Assembly: GCA_965277405.1 (NCBI GenBank)
Contig: OZ255726.1
Span: forward strand, 704,001-768,000
DNA from: Gammaproteobacteria bacterium
GTDB taxonomy: Bacteria; Pseudomonadota; Gammaproteobacteria; G965277405
Direction of reading: 5' to 3'
Length of the DNA: 64,000 nucleotides
Shown: one piece after another, positions 53,268-63,850 of the stretch
Position numbering within the stretch: position 1 is the stretch's first letter
Layout of the letters: every line of letters begins with the position of its first letter
Notes under the pieces: model-generated
Database searches by the model: none
What the model was told of the DNA's origin: nothing
The model's input: only the letters and a program-made list of their open reading frames with translations
Made by a program: the position numbers and the translations under genes

Positions 53268-54506
53268 GGAATCTCTGATTAAGACTCTCATATACTCCAA
53301 GAACTCGCATATACTCCAAAAAAGTAATAGCAATAATTTTTAATGGTCAATATTTGACCATTTCGCTGATCTTCTGTTGCTGTGTTACTGTTTTTTATTG
53401 TTTCTTATTGTTTTTCTTGAATTTTGGGCGGTTCTATCCTGTTAGTCGTCCGCGCAGCATGTATAAGTTCGTCAATGCAAGCAAAGAAAATACTTGTACT
53501 CGATTCTTTTCTAGTCCTTTGTAGCGAGCTTTCTTATAACCAAACTGACATTTGATTACCCGAAAACAGTGCTCAATCCGGGCGCGCACCTTAGAGTTCT
53601 GTGTATTGCGTTGGCGCTGCGAGGTGCTCATTTGCTGCTTTGGCTTGCGTTTATCATTCACACGCCAATCTATCCCAAGGTGACGCGAGCCGCGTTTATA
53701 ACTGTCGCTCGTATATCCTGCATCGGCAAAGATGACCTTATCTGTTTCAAGCAGCAATTTGGGGAGTTCATTGATGTCCTCTTCATTCGCGGCTGTCGTG
53801 GTGGACCGCGGCTGTGGTGGTAGGCATTGCCGCGCTATGAATCATATTGCTATTAGCGTCAGTTCCTATATGAATCTTCATGCCAAAATACCACTGCTTG
53901 TCTTTCCTTGTTTGCTGCATTTCAGGATCCCGTTTTTTCTCTTTATTCTTCGTAGATGATGGCGCATTGATGGTCGTGGCATCAACCATTGTCCCTTGTG
54001 AGATTATTATATTATTTTCCATACAATACTCATTCACGACAGCAAGTATCTTGACGCTGAGTTGATGTTTTTCTATGATCCTGCGGGCAAGTTCAAGATG
54101 GTAGTTTCATCAGGGATGGCATCGTCTATCAGCTCTATATGGGCAAAACGCCGCATGCTTTCCATGTCATATAGTGCTTCTTCTACCCCTGGGTCTGATA
54201 AGTTGTACCATTGCTGTAAAAAATAAATGCGTAACATGGTCTGCATATTAATCGGTGGGCGGCCATTCCCTTTCTTGGGATAATGCGGTTCTATTAACTC
54301 TAACAACTGTTGCCATGGAGCTAATTTGTCCATTAACTGCAAGAATTTTTTTTGGTTTCATTGTTACTTTCTTGTGGTCGTATGCAGCACTGGCAAAAGT
54401 TGTTTGTTTCATAAGATTATTCGCTTATTCAAATATTCAAATAGATTCACCATTGTATATCTTTCTAGCTGATATTGCTGTTGTTTGGGACTTAATCAGA
54501 GTTTCC
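53268..54506 (-). mobile_element. IS5-family element copy 1, frameshifted transposase
   Basis: TIRs GGAATCTCTGATTAAG / CTTAATCAGAGTTTCC; LQQWYNLSDP, PDETTILN, MVDATTI, ADAGY, IEHCFRVIK. Confidence 0.95.
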
Positions 54507-54509
54507 CTA

Positions 54510-55644
54510 GGTTCAATGAGTATGACAATTAGTGGAGTTCGATGGGAGACGATAGGTCAATCAGAGTTTACTAAAAAACGTCTATACTTATTTGCGTCTT
54601 TAGACCAGTTTGCAAGTACAACAGGTATTCCAGCTGGTATGTTGCTGTTTGGTTTTGCGGGTCTGATAGATAAAGCGGCGTTTATGTATGACAACATTGC
54701 TTGTATGACAACATTGCTTGGGGGAATCGCTTTTTTATTTACGATGCCTTGTCTTATCCACTTTTTATTGAAAGATGATAAATTGAAAGATGATAAGACG
54801 AAAAAAACTCAACTGGATCTGACAATGCGCCTTCCAAGTTTTCATTAACGATCTCTTACATACCTCAAAATTGAACCACTTTCTTTGACTAGAGTGATGT
54901 AAGGATTTTATTTTCTTATAATGACTCTGGTCTACTGTGATAAAATCGCAGTCGTTGACCACGCAAGAAGCTATCGAGTACGAATTAGCGGATGGAACAT
55001 ATGCAACAGGAGAAGTTGAATATGCCGATGATGTTGATGCGTCATGGATGAGCAAAGGTGATAAATTGCCGTATGGTTATAGTGCTACTGTGGTAACAGA
55101 TGAACATGGTGATATCTGTTGCTACGCATGCGGCGCATACCAGCGCGATGGGCAGATTTGCAGATGGTATGGCGTGTAGCTCCTAATCAAAGTCGGACAA
55201 ACGCTGGTGTATGATAAGGGAGCTGCCAGCAAAGCAAATCAAGCAAATCTAGGTGATAAGCAAATTGATGATGGAATTATGCGGAAAAAGCCACGCGGTA
55301 AACAAATGCCACACTGGCAAAAGGCTGACATCATCAAATTTGTAGTCGAGCGAACTTTCGCCACAATGAAAAGGGTGTATGGTCTCCAGCGCACGATATC
55401 TTGGCATAGCCAAAGTCGATGCTGAGGTTGAAGGCAATGGCGTATAACTTGAAAAGGGATCGCAACTTATATCAACAACAGCAGCAGTATTGCTCTTAAA
55501 TGGTGGGAAATAGGACCAAAAAAGACCGGATAAATGGGCATATATGCACCATTTTCGGCGCATTCTGTGTTTTTTAGTAGAAACACCCAATTTACGATTG
55601 CCCACGCTTCAAAGCAAAAAATAAGAGGGTATTGCAGTTGTCTT
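54510..55644 (+). pseudogene. Heavily degraded IS5-family (IS1106-like) transposase remnant
   Basis: DVDASWMSKG..GY, YDKGAAS..N, FVVERTFATMKR; candidate right end TATTGCAGTTGTCTT near 55630-55644. Confidence 0.65.
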
Positions 55645-55731
55645 CATTCATGCAGCGCTTGCAAGCCAACAAAACGCATCTGCATCAGCAACGTAATCTG
55701 AACTTGCCGATGCAGAGCTACAATTGAGTTA

Positions 55732-56229
55732 TCAGTCAAGAAACAAATCATCAAAATTTTTGTCTTGATGCTGTGCCAAATGTTTAACCATCGTGGTGCT
55801 GATAACCGCATGAATATCTATGTGATTTTCATGGTGAATAAGGTTTTTGACAAGAAAGTCACGAACACGGTTAATCTGTTCGATTTCATCAACTTGGACA
55901 TGCAACAACACATCAAAAAATCCACTGACATGATAAATTGCATACACTTCGCTTATATCAAGCAATTTGCGCTTAAATGTATCAAACTCTAATCCACCGA
56001 GCTTAATGGTAATGAAGGCATCGATGGTACGAGCAACATTGGTATTGCCAAAAATTGTGTGATAGCCACGGATAACCCTTAAATCTTCTAGCTTACTTAA
56101 CCGTTGATTGACAGCACTTCTTGAAAGCCCAATGCTGCGTGAAATATGCGCAATAGGGATTCTGGCGTTGTCTTTAAGGTGGGCGAGAATTCTACGATCA
56201 TAGCGATCTAATACTAATTTATTACTCAT
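55732..56229 (-). CDS. Lrp/AsnC family transcriptional regulator
   Basis: LDRYDRRIL..L..NAR, IGLSRSAV..RL.KLE...VI.GY, VSGFFD. Confidence 0.93.
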   Translation of the reverse strand: MSNKLVLDRYDRRILAHLKDNARIPIAHISRSIGLSRSAVNQRLSKLEDLRVIRGYHTIFGNTNVARTIDAFITIKLGGLEFDTFKRKLLDISEVYAIYHVSGFFDVLLHVQVDEIEQINRVRDFLVKNLIHHENHIDIHAVISTTMVKHLAQHQDKNFDDLFLD

Positions 56230-56483
56230 GATTTACTCCATTCTCCTCGCATATACAGCGAAGTTTGTAAAGCAACAATATCAATGATAGTCACATTCTT
56301 GTTGCTATAATTACTAGGAATACCCAGTATTTGAATAAATGAATAACTACAACACATCACATAGTGAGTTTTGTATTGTTATTACACACTATCAGAACAT
56401 CATATACAAAAACATTATTTTGTATGCATAATTAGCGATATATTATATCATCGCAATGCGCATCATACCTAGCAGCAACTTAG

Positions 56484-56530
56484 GTAAGCTCTGATTAAGC
56501 CGCTGGTGGAGCGAGTTAATCAGAGCTTAC
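56484..56530. mobile_element. 47-bp minimal MITE derivative forming a perfect hairpin
   Basis: TTAGGTAAGCTCTGATTAA-17 nt-TTAATCAGAGCTTACCTAA (56480-56534); loop matches the MITE left subterminal sequence. Confidence 0.85.
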
Positions 56531-56534
56531 CTAA

Positions 56535-56644
56535 AGGATTTTTTCTCCTGAGAAACCTTCTCACAGCCAAAGACATGAAGTTTTTCATTTTGCAGATCAA
56601 TGGTTTATACTTGATGAGGACACACGGAGATATCCAATTTTCAT
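56535..56644 (-). pseudogene. Serine resolvase N-terminal remnant
   Basis: MKIGYLRVSS then, after frameshifts, IDLQNEK-LHVFGCEKVSQEKKS; cut off by the mini-MITE. Confidence 0.75.
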
Positions 56645-56659
56645 GAGATGACTGGGTTA

Positions 56660-56777
56660 GAAGTTTCAAAATTATCTTATGGTTTTGGACTGTGTTTTGT
56701 CACGAATTTTGAGACGCATGGCATGGGCTTTTGCTCTTTTCCCAGACTGTATAGATATTGAGACGGTGTATGACCCC
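56660..56777 (-). promoter_or_regulatory. Probable res site upstream of the resolvase
   Basis: Minus strand has CGTCTCAA twice (CGTCTCAATA, CGTCTCAAAA) plus GTCCAAAA and TTTTGAAAC half-site-like motifs. Confidence 0.45.
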
Positions 56778-56791
56778 AGCAACCCAAGCGC

Positions 56792-57067
56792 TCAGGAATA
56801 GTGCTGTCTAAGTTTCTGGTATACCTTGTCACGCTTCTCAACAATGGTGACAAGCAGTGTATCATCATCAAATTCATAGATGATACGGTAACTGCCCACA
56901 CGAGCGCGGTGACAAGGATAGCCAACAATTTTGGTGGAATTCCGTGGTGTTGCATCTTTACGCAGCTTTTCAATTTGCGCAGCGATTACTCTGGCAATTT
57001 CCGGTGTACGTTTGATGAGTTGGTCGAGAGATTTTCCCGACTGGCTGGTGAATTGCAGTTTACGCAT
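56792..57067 (-). CDS. RelE/ParE family toxin
   Basis: PRNSTKIVG..HRARVGSYRIIYEFDD..LLV..VEKRDKVY. Confidence 0.9.
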   Translation of the reverse strand: MRKLQFTSQSGKSLDQLIKRTPEIARVIAAQIEKLRKDATPRNSTKIVGYPCHRARVGSYRIIYEFDDDTLLVTIVEKRDKVYQKLRQHYS

Positions 57068-57311
57068 TTTTCATACGTGTTAGCAGGCTTTCAGAGGATT
57101 CAGAATCCAAAATGCCTTCCTGCTTGGCTTCTTCGGACATTTCTCCCCACACCTTATCTTCTGCAACAGAATCGTGTTGAATACGCTCCATAAGCGCATC
57201 AATCACATAATTCTTCAGGGTTTTCCCGTGAGCGATGGCCTGAATTTTCAGCTCATCACGAAAATCAGGTGAAACATTGATGGTCAGCCTTGTGGGAGTC
57301 TTGGTGGTCAT
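57060..57311 (-). CDS. RHH-type antitoxin
   Basis: RLTINVSPDF..ELKIQA..HGKTLKNYVIDAL; overlaps toxin start. Confidence 0.8.
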   Translation of the reverse strand: MTTKTPTRLTINVSPDFRDELKIQAIAHGKTLKNYVIDALMERIQHDSVAEDKVWGEMSEEAKQEGILDSESSESLLTRMKNA

Positions 57312-57389
57312 ATAGTTTTCCAGTTAATGCAATAATACAGTTAAGAGTATATATGAAAATGCACTGTTGTCATAACTTTTGACATCGCG

Positions 57390-57532
57390 GCATTTCTGGA
57401 TAGCTTTTCACAATCCCTCACACGCCGCGCCAAAGACGGCTTGTGGGACCGGCCGCGAGAAAACCTCCTTTTAAGCCTGCTCTGTACACCTGTCAGCACA
57501 AAAAAGGCAGCATCCGCCATCCGTAACCATTG
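57390..57532 (+). pseudogene. Possible ISAs1 transposase fragment cut by IS5 copy 2
   Basis: KKAASAIRNHW immediately before the IS5 TIR resembles the ISAs1 motif IR.HW.IEN. Confidence 0.4.
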
Positions 57533-58735
57533 GGAAGCTCTGATTAAGTCCCAAACAACAGCAATATCAGCTAGCAAGATATACAAAGAGAGAATCTATT
57601 TGCATAAGCGGATGTTCTTATGCAACAAACAACTTTTGCCAGTGCTGCATACGACCACAAGAAAGTAACAACAAAACGTGAAAAATTCTTGCAGTTAATG
57701 GACAAATTAGCTCCATGGCAACAGTTGTTGGAGTTAATAGAACCGCATTATCCCAAGAAAGGGAATGGCCGCCCACCGATTAATATGCAGACCATGTTAC
57801 GCATTTATTGTTTACAGCAATGGTACAACTTATCAGACCCAGGGGTAGAAGAAGCACTATATGACATGGAAAGCATGCGGCGTTTTGCCCATATAGAGCT
57901 GATAGACGATGCCATCCCTGATGAAACCACCATCTTGAACTTGCCCGCAGGATCATAGAAAAACATCAACTCAGCGTCAAGATACTTGCTGTCGTGAATG
58001 AGTATTGTATGGAAAATAATATAATAATCTCACAAGGGACAATGGTTGATGCCACGACCATCAATGCGCCATCATCTACGAAGAATAAAGAGAAAAAACG
58101 GGATCCTGAAATGCATCAAACCCGCAAAGGCAAGCAGTGGTATTTTGGCATGAAAATGCATATAGCAACTCGACGCTAATAGCAATATGATTCATAGCGC
58201 GGCAATGCCTACCACCACAGCCGCGAATGAAGCTGACATCAATGAACTCCCAAAATTGCTGCGTGAAACAGATAAGGTTATCTTTGCCGATGCAGGATAT
58301 ACGAGCGACAGTTATAAACGCGGCTCGCGTCATCTTGGGATAGATTGGCGTGTGAATGATAAACGCAAGCCAAAGCAGCAAATGAGCACCTCGCAGCGCA
58401 AACGCAATAGACAGAACTCTAAGGTGCGCGCCCGGATTGAGCACTGTTTTCGGGTAATCAAATGTCAGTTTGGTTATAAGAAAGCTCGCTACAAAGGACT
58501 AGAAAAGAATCGAGTACAAGTATTTTCTTTGCTGGCATTGACGAACTTATACATGCTGCGCGGACAACTAACAGGATAGAACCGCCCAAAATTCAAGAAA
58601 AACAGTAAAAAACAGTAAAACAGCAACAGAAAATCAGCGAAATGATCAAATATTGACCATTGAAAATTATTGCTATTATTTTTTTGGAGTATATGCGAGT
58701 TATTGGAGTGTATGAGAGTCTTAATCAGAGATTCC
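57533..58735 (+). mobile_element. IS5-family element copy 2, inverted relative to copy 1, frameshifted transposase
   Basis: TIRs GGAAGCTCTGATTAAG / CTTAATCAGAGATTCC; near-identical to the reverse complement of 53268-54506. Confidence 0.95.
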
Positions 58736-58865
58736 TTAGCAAATAATAGTGAACAGTTGTTGCGTATTGCATCACTGTGTGGTGATATTCGAAATGAACG
58801 GCGTTGCAATCTGATCAGCGCGACCAATAGTATTTATACAAAAACAATCCATATACAACGCAACC

Positions 58866-59192
58866 ATGCCAATTTATCTTTATAAATGTTCATCGTGTGA
58901 AAGCACTCAAGAAAAGCTGCAAAAATTGAGTGACGCACCACTCTATCAATGCCAAAACTGCCTTACAGATACTTTGGTAAAACAACTCACTGCACCAGTA
59001 TTTCGTTTGAAAGGCGGCGGTTGGTATGAAACAGATTTCAAAACTGACAAAAAGCGCAATCTTGCATCTGCTAGCTCAACCGATGCAACGAACACTCCTG
59101 CAACTACGACTGATAGCAAGACAAAGGATGACAAACCTGCAAATACAAACAGTAGTTTAAGCACTACACCCGCGCCATCTCCTGCTGCATAA
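58866..59192 (+). CDS. FmdB family zinc-ribbon protein
   Basis: MPIYLYKCSSC, CQNC, FRLKGGGWYETDFK; upstream of aspS. Confidence 0.92.
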   Translation: MPIYLYKCSSCESTQEKLQKLSDAPLYQCQNCLTDTLVKQLTAPVFRLKGGGWYETDFKTDKKRNLASASSTDATNTPATTTDSKTKDDKPANTNSSLSTTPAPSPAA

Positions 59193-59267
59193 CTTTATAT
59201 TTTTTATTTTGAGCAACCCAGTGGGCATTATGCTATTGGCTAGGTCATTTCATTAAACACGATACCA

Positions 59268-61007
59268 ATGCGAACACATTACTGCGGTGAACTCACCGCT
59301 CAACATATTGATTCAGACATAATAATCTGCGGTTGGGTGCATAATAGGCGCGACCACGGTGGTGTCGTTTTTTTGGATATGCGCGACGTACGTGGCATTG
59401 CACAAGTTGTCTGTAACCCAAACAATCAGGCAGCATTTGCCATTGCCGATAAAGCGCGCTGCGAATTTGTGTTGCAAATCAGCGGCCGCGTTCGCCAACG
59501 ACCAGCAGGCACGGTCAATGCTGCGATGCACACTGGTGAAATAGAAGTCGAAGCCAGCACTGTGACAGTATTGGCAGGCTCAAAACCACTGCCATTCCCG
59601 CTTGATGAACACTACAACATTGGTGAAGAAATCCGCTTGCAATATCGATTTTTAGATTTGCGCCGCCCTGAAATGCAGAAAAATTTTTTCATGCGGCATC
59701 AAGTGATGAAAATTGTACGGTCGTATCTTGATGAAAACGCCTTCATTGATTTAGAAACACCTATGTTAACACGGGCGACCCCAGAAGGTGCGCGCGACTA
59801 TTTAGTGCCAAGCCGTACCCACCCACACCACTTTTTTGCCTTGCCACAATCGCCACAATTATTCAAACAGTTACTCATGGCCGGCGGATTTGATCGCTAC
59901 TATCAAATCGTTAAATGTTTTCGTGACGAAGATCTCCGCGCAGACCGTCAACCTGAATTTACCCAAATCGATATTGAGGCAAGTTTCGTTGATGAAGCAA
60001 CGATTATGGACTTGACCGAACGCATGCTTAAACTACTGTTTTCCCAAGTTCTCAAGATTGATCTGCCAGATTTCCCCCGCATCTCATACCAGCAGGCGCT
60101 GGAGCTGTATGGCTCGGACAAACCAGATTTACGGATTTCGCTCCAGCTCGTTGACGTTGCTGATGACATGAAAAATGTCGCATTCAAAGTGTTTTCTGGT
60201 CCTGCCAACGACCCAAACTCACGTGTTGCTGCGCTCAAAGTGCCTGGTGGAGCCAAGCTCAGTCGCAGCGCTATCGATGAATATACAAAATTCGTTAGCC
60301 GCTATCGCGCCAAAGGTTTGGCATATATCAAGGTCGAAGACGATGGGCTGCATTCGCCAATTTTAAAATTTCTGCCAGAAAATGTCATCGAGCATCTGCG
60401 CAGCAAACTTGCGCTTGAGCCAGGGGACATTGTGTTTTTTGGCGCAGATAAAACCCAAATCGTCAACGACGCACTCGGCGCACTGCGGACAAAAATTGGC
60501 ATGGATCTCGGCTTGATACAACCCGGTTGGCAACCACTTTGGGTGACTGATTTCCCAATGTTTGACCACGATGTCCACACAGGTAAACGTACCGCGCTCC
60601 ACCATCCGTTTACCGCACCAATTGACGTGAATGCTGCGCCCGACACCATGCTCTCGCGCGCCTACGATATCGTTATAAATGGCGTAGAAATTGGCGGAGG
60701 CTCGATGCGCATTCATACCGCAGATATACAGGAAACAGTGTTAGGTTTACTCGGCATCAACCAGCAGCAGGCACAACAGCAATTTGGTTTTTTGCTTACA
60801 GCACTCGAGTACGGCTGTCCCCCGCATGGTGGTATCGCGCTTGGACTAGACCGGCTTATCATGATGATGTGCGGCAGCGACAGTATTCGCGATGTCATTA
60901 CTTTTCCAAAAACCCAAAGTGCTGCATGCTTACTCACCAAAGCTCCCGGCAGCGCATCAAAGCAACAATTGCAAGAGCTCCACTTACGCCTGGCAAAATT
61001 TGACTAA
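59268..61007 (+). CDS. aspS: Aspartate--tRNA ligase
   Basis: [51 protein letters not shown]. Confidence 0.99.
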   Translation: MRTHYCGELTAQHIDSDIIICGWVHNRRDHGGVVFLDMRDVRGIAQVVCNPNNQAAFAIADKARCEFVLQISGRVRQRPAGTVNAAMHTGEIEVEASTVTVLAGSKPLPFPLDEHYNIGEEIRLQYRFLDLRRPEMQKNFFMRHQVMKIVRSYLDENAFIDLETPMLTRATPEGARDYLVPSRTHPHHFFALPQSPQLFKQLLMAGGFDRYYQIVKCFRDEDLRADRQPEFTQIDIEASFVDEATIMDLTERMLKLLFSQVLKIDLPDFPRISYQQALELYGSDKPDLRISLQLVDVADDMKNVAFKVFSGPANDPNSRVAALKVPGGAKLSRSAIDEYTKFVSRYRAKGLAYIKVEDDGLHSPILKFLPENVIEHLRSKLALEPGDIVFFGADKTQIVNDALGALRTKIGMDLGLIQPGWQPLWVTDFPMFDHDVHTGKRTALHHPFTAPIDVNAAPDTMLSRAYDIVINGVEIGGGSMRIHTADIQETVLGLLGINQQQAQQQFGFLLTALEYGCPPHGGIALGLDRLIMMMCGSDSIRDVITFPKTQSAACLLTKAPGSASKQQLQELHLRLAKFD

Positions 61008-61014
61008 CACCTAT

Positions 61015-61317
61015 GGAACCTCTGATTAAGCCCATGACGGGCGAGACGGAGCAACAACGCTCGATGAAAGTTAAGCGCAGTGCGCAGGTCACACTGGTGC
61101 AGTCTTTGTGGGTGTTGCCAAGTGCCGCAACGACGCAGCGCAGTGTTTTTTCCCGACCCTGTTTCGTGAATTTACTTTTGATTTGCGCCAATTGCTTAAC
61201 GTTTGCTGTGTTGCATCCCTTGGCGTATATGCTACGGCATGCGCTCAGTGGAATGCGCCTTGCAATCATCAGCAATTGCAGGCAAACTCGCTCCATCAGC
61301 GGGTTAATCAGGGCTCT
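61015..61317. mobile_element. IS5-type MITE (~303 bp, reverse orientation) between aspS and the yebC start
   Basis: GGAACCTCTGATTAAG at 61015; reverse-complement homology to 23601-23894; degenerate end GTTAATCAGGGCTCT; flanks CTAT/GTAT. Confidence 0.9.
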
Positions 61318-61319
61318 GT

Positions 61320-62030
61320 ATGGCAGGACATAGCAAATGGGCGAACATTCGCCACAGAAAAGGCAGACAAGACGTGAAGCGTGGCAAGGTTTTTACCAAA
61401 CTGATTCGCGAACTGACTATCGCAGCTAAAGGTAGTCCATCACCAGAAGATAATCCACGGCTGCGCTTGGCGATTGACAAAGCACTCTCGGCAAACATGA
61501 CCCGCGATACGATAGATCGCGCAATTGCCCGCGGATCTGGGACGGCTGACACGGGTCATATGGATGAAATCACCTACGAAGGGTATGCGAACGGAGGTGT
61601 CGCAATTCTGGTTGCAGCAGTGAGCGATAACCGCAACAGAACAGTTGCTGAAATTCGCCATGCCTTCAGCAAAAACGGCGGCAACCTCGGGACAGATGGG
61701 TCGGTGGCGTATTTATTTGAGCGGCGCGGCATGTTGATGTTCGCTGCCAGCGTTGACGAAGACCAGCTGATACAAATAGCACTTGAATCTGGTGCTGATG
61801 ATGTAATCAACGAAGAAGAATGCTTTGTGGTATATACTCAACCAGATAGTCTGCTGACAGTTCTTCAAGCCTGCCAAGCCGCCAACATTCAGCCGCAAAA
61901 TCATGAAATCGCCATGGTCGCCCAAACCACTGTTGCCTTAGATGACGCAGCCAGCGAATCATTAGCGCAACTGATTGACGCACTCGAAGACCTTGACGAT
62001 GTACAAAATGTGTATTCAAACGCGCAGTAA
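61320..62030 (+). CDS. yebC: YebC/PmpR family protein
   Basis: MAGHSKWANIRHRKG, YEGY, DNRNRT, DDVQNVYSN. Confidence 0.98.
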   Translation: MAGHSKWANIRHRKGRQDVKRGKVFTKLIRELTIAAKGSPSPEDNPRLRLAIDKALSANMTRDTIDRAIARGSGTADTGHMDEITYEGYANGGVAILVAAVSDNRNRTVAEIRHAFSKNGGNLGTDGSVAYLFERRGMLMFAASVDEDQLIQIALESGADDVINEEECFVVYTQPDSLLTVLQACQAANIQPQNHEIAMVAQTTVALDDAASESLAQLIDALEDLDDVQNVYSNAQ

Positions 62031-62032
62031 CC

Positions 62033-62512
62033 GTGCGCATTTTTGGGATTGACCCTGGATCTCGCATCACCGGGTTTGGCTGTATTGATATCGTCGACCG
62101 CAACATCAGCTACGTCGCTTCGGGGACAATTAAAGTCAGCCACCATCGATTCCCACTGAACCTCAAATTTTTATTTTTACACACCCGCGAATTGATGGAA
62201 AAATACCACCCAGATGAATGTGCTATTGAACAAGTATTTGTTGCCAAAAATCCATCGAGCGCCATCAAGCTCGGTCAAGCACGCGGCGCATTATTGTGCG
62301 CGATGATGATGCAATCAACCCAAGTTGCCGAATATGCCGCGCGCTCGATCAAACAAGCAGTTGTTGGCAACGGTGGCGCCAGCAAACAACAAGTACAATT
62401 TATGGTACAAGCAATCCTCAATTTGCCAAAACAATCGCAGCCAGACGCGGCAGATGCGTTGGCTATTGCTATTTGTCACGCCCATGTACGCAACGCAGCA
62501 ACTGCAAAATAG
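62033..62512 (+). CDS. ruvC: Holliday junction resolvase RuvC
   Basis: GIDPGSRITGFG, AIEQVF, KLGQARG, DAADALAIAICH. Confidence 0.98.
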   Translation: MRIFGIDPGSRITGFGCIDIVDRNISYVASGTIKVSHHRFPLNLKFLFLHTRELMEKYHPDECAIEQVFVAKNPSSAIKLGQARGALLCAMMMQSTQVAEYAARSIKQAVVGNGGASKQQVQFMVQAILNLPKQSQPDAADALAIAICHAHVRNAATAK

Positions 62513-62733
62513 CGACCAGCCTCAATAACAAATTAACAGCATTAGCTACAAACTTCTGTTGCTGAGCGCTAATAAGAATGGGGAGGTTACACTCAAATAA
62601 TGAAGTTTTCTTAAATACAGCTACAGGGAAGCACGCATAGGGTGCAAAGGTAAATGCAAAGGTAAAAGTAAATACTGCCTGCACGAAATCCAACAACATG
62701 TTGGTTTGCAATTTTTTACTAATGTAAAAAATC

Positions 62734-63850
62734 TTGGGTCAACTATAAAAGTGCGGTGTATTTATTATATATTTGTTTAAAATTAAGCTAAAATTAAAAT
62801 TATGGATGCAAGTCAAGTAAAAGCATATATTCAAGTTTATCACAGTCTAACCAGGAGCATTTATTAAAATCCTTAAGCAGGATACAAATTGAATCGGATT
62901 ACACAGAATTATTGCAATTACGTGGAGATGCCGTTGATGACAAGCGATCAGAATGCCCTCATTGTCAAAGTACTAATTATTACAAGAATGGAAATGACAA
63001 AGGGAGTAGCAGCTATAAATGTAAGGATTGTCAGCGTGGTTTTACAGAATATACAGGGACGTGGATCAGTGGGCTTCATAACAAGCACTTAGTCATTAAG
63101 TTTTTAAAAACGCTGGAATCTACTTTAAATTTGATTAAAATTTCTCAGGAGACAGGACTTGACCCAGTTACTATTTTTAATTGGCGGCACAAATTTTTAT
63201 CCTCCCAAGAATCTGTTGAGAATCAAAAACCATGTAAGGGATAATCGCAGTGGATGAAACTTTTTACTTACAAAGTCAGAAAGCAAAGAAGTGTACCGAT
63301 AGAACTCCAATAAATAGAGGTGGGAGACCCACAAGAGGAATAACAAATAACGGACCTCTGTACTAACAATTATGGATAAATCAGGAAATCCAGCATATAG
63401 GTTCATCAATATGGGTAGAATTTCAACTGACGATATACAAAAAGCCATAGGAAATAGAACCTCCAAAAGAACCATTCATTGCAGTGATGGACACAACAGC
63501 TATAAATCTTTTACCAACAAGAAGAAAATAGAACATCATATTCTAAATGCCACTATCTAAATACCACTAAAGGAATAATGGTAAATGGAGATTATCACAT
63601 ACAACATATTAATATGTTTGCATACTGGAATTAAAATATCTTTAACTATAATATACAAGGCGTGTCAACAAAATACTTGCAAAAGTATTAAAATTGGCAA
63701 GGAATAAAAGACCTATTTAAAGACACTACAAAATGGATAAAACGGTACTTGCATTATCCTTACAAAAGCAGCTGCAATCACCATTTATAATAAAATAGAA
63801 AAAGATTATTTGAAAATTGATAAGTCATCGCAACTTTCAAGTTGAGTCAA
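62734..63850 (+). mobile_element. Degraded IS1595-family element
   Basis: CPHC..YKCKDC zinc ribbon, TIFNWRHK, DETF, CSDG..SY, HIQHIN, GVSTKYLQKY; imperfect ~25-bp inverted repeats at 62734-62758 and 63826-63850. Confidence 0.82.

Noticed and set aside
57930-57965. Programmed frameshift in the IS5 transposase
   Set aside because: No slippery run at the shift; it looks like a 2-nt insertion, and each copy has further disabling lesions
60934-61377. ORFs spanning MITE or IS ends (61013-61333, 60934-61296, 23515-23778, 53106-53333, 54255-54848, 58670-58885)
   Set aside because: Read-throughs of repeat sequence with no recognisable domain
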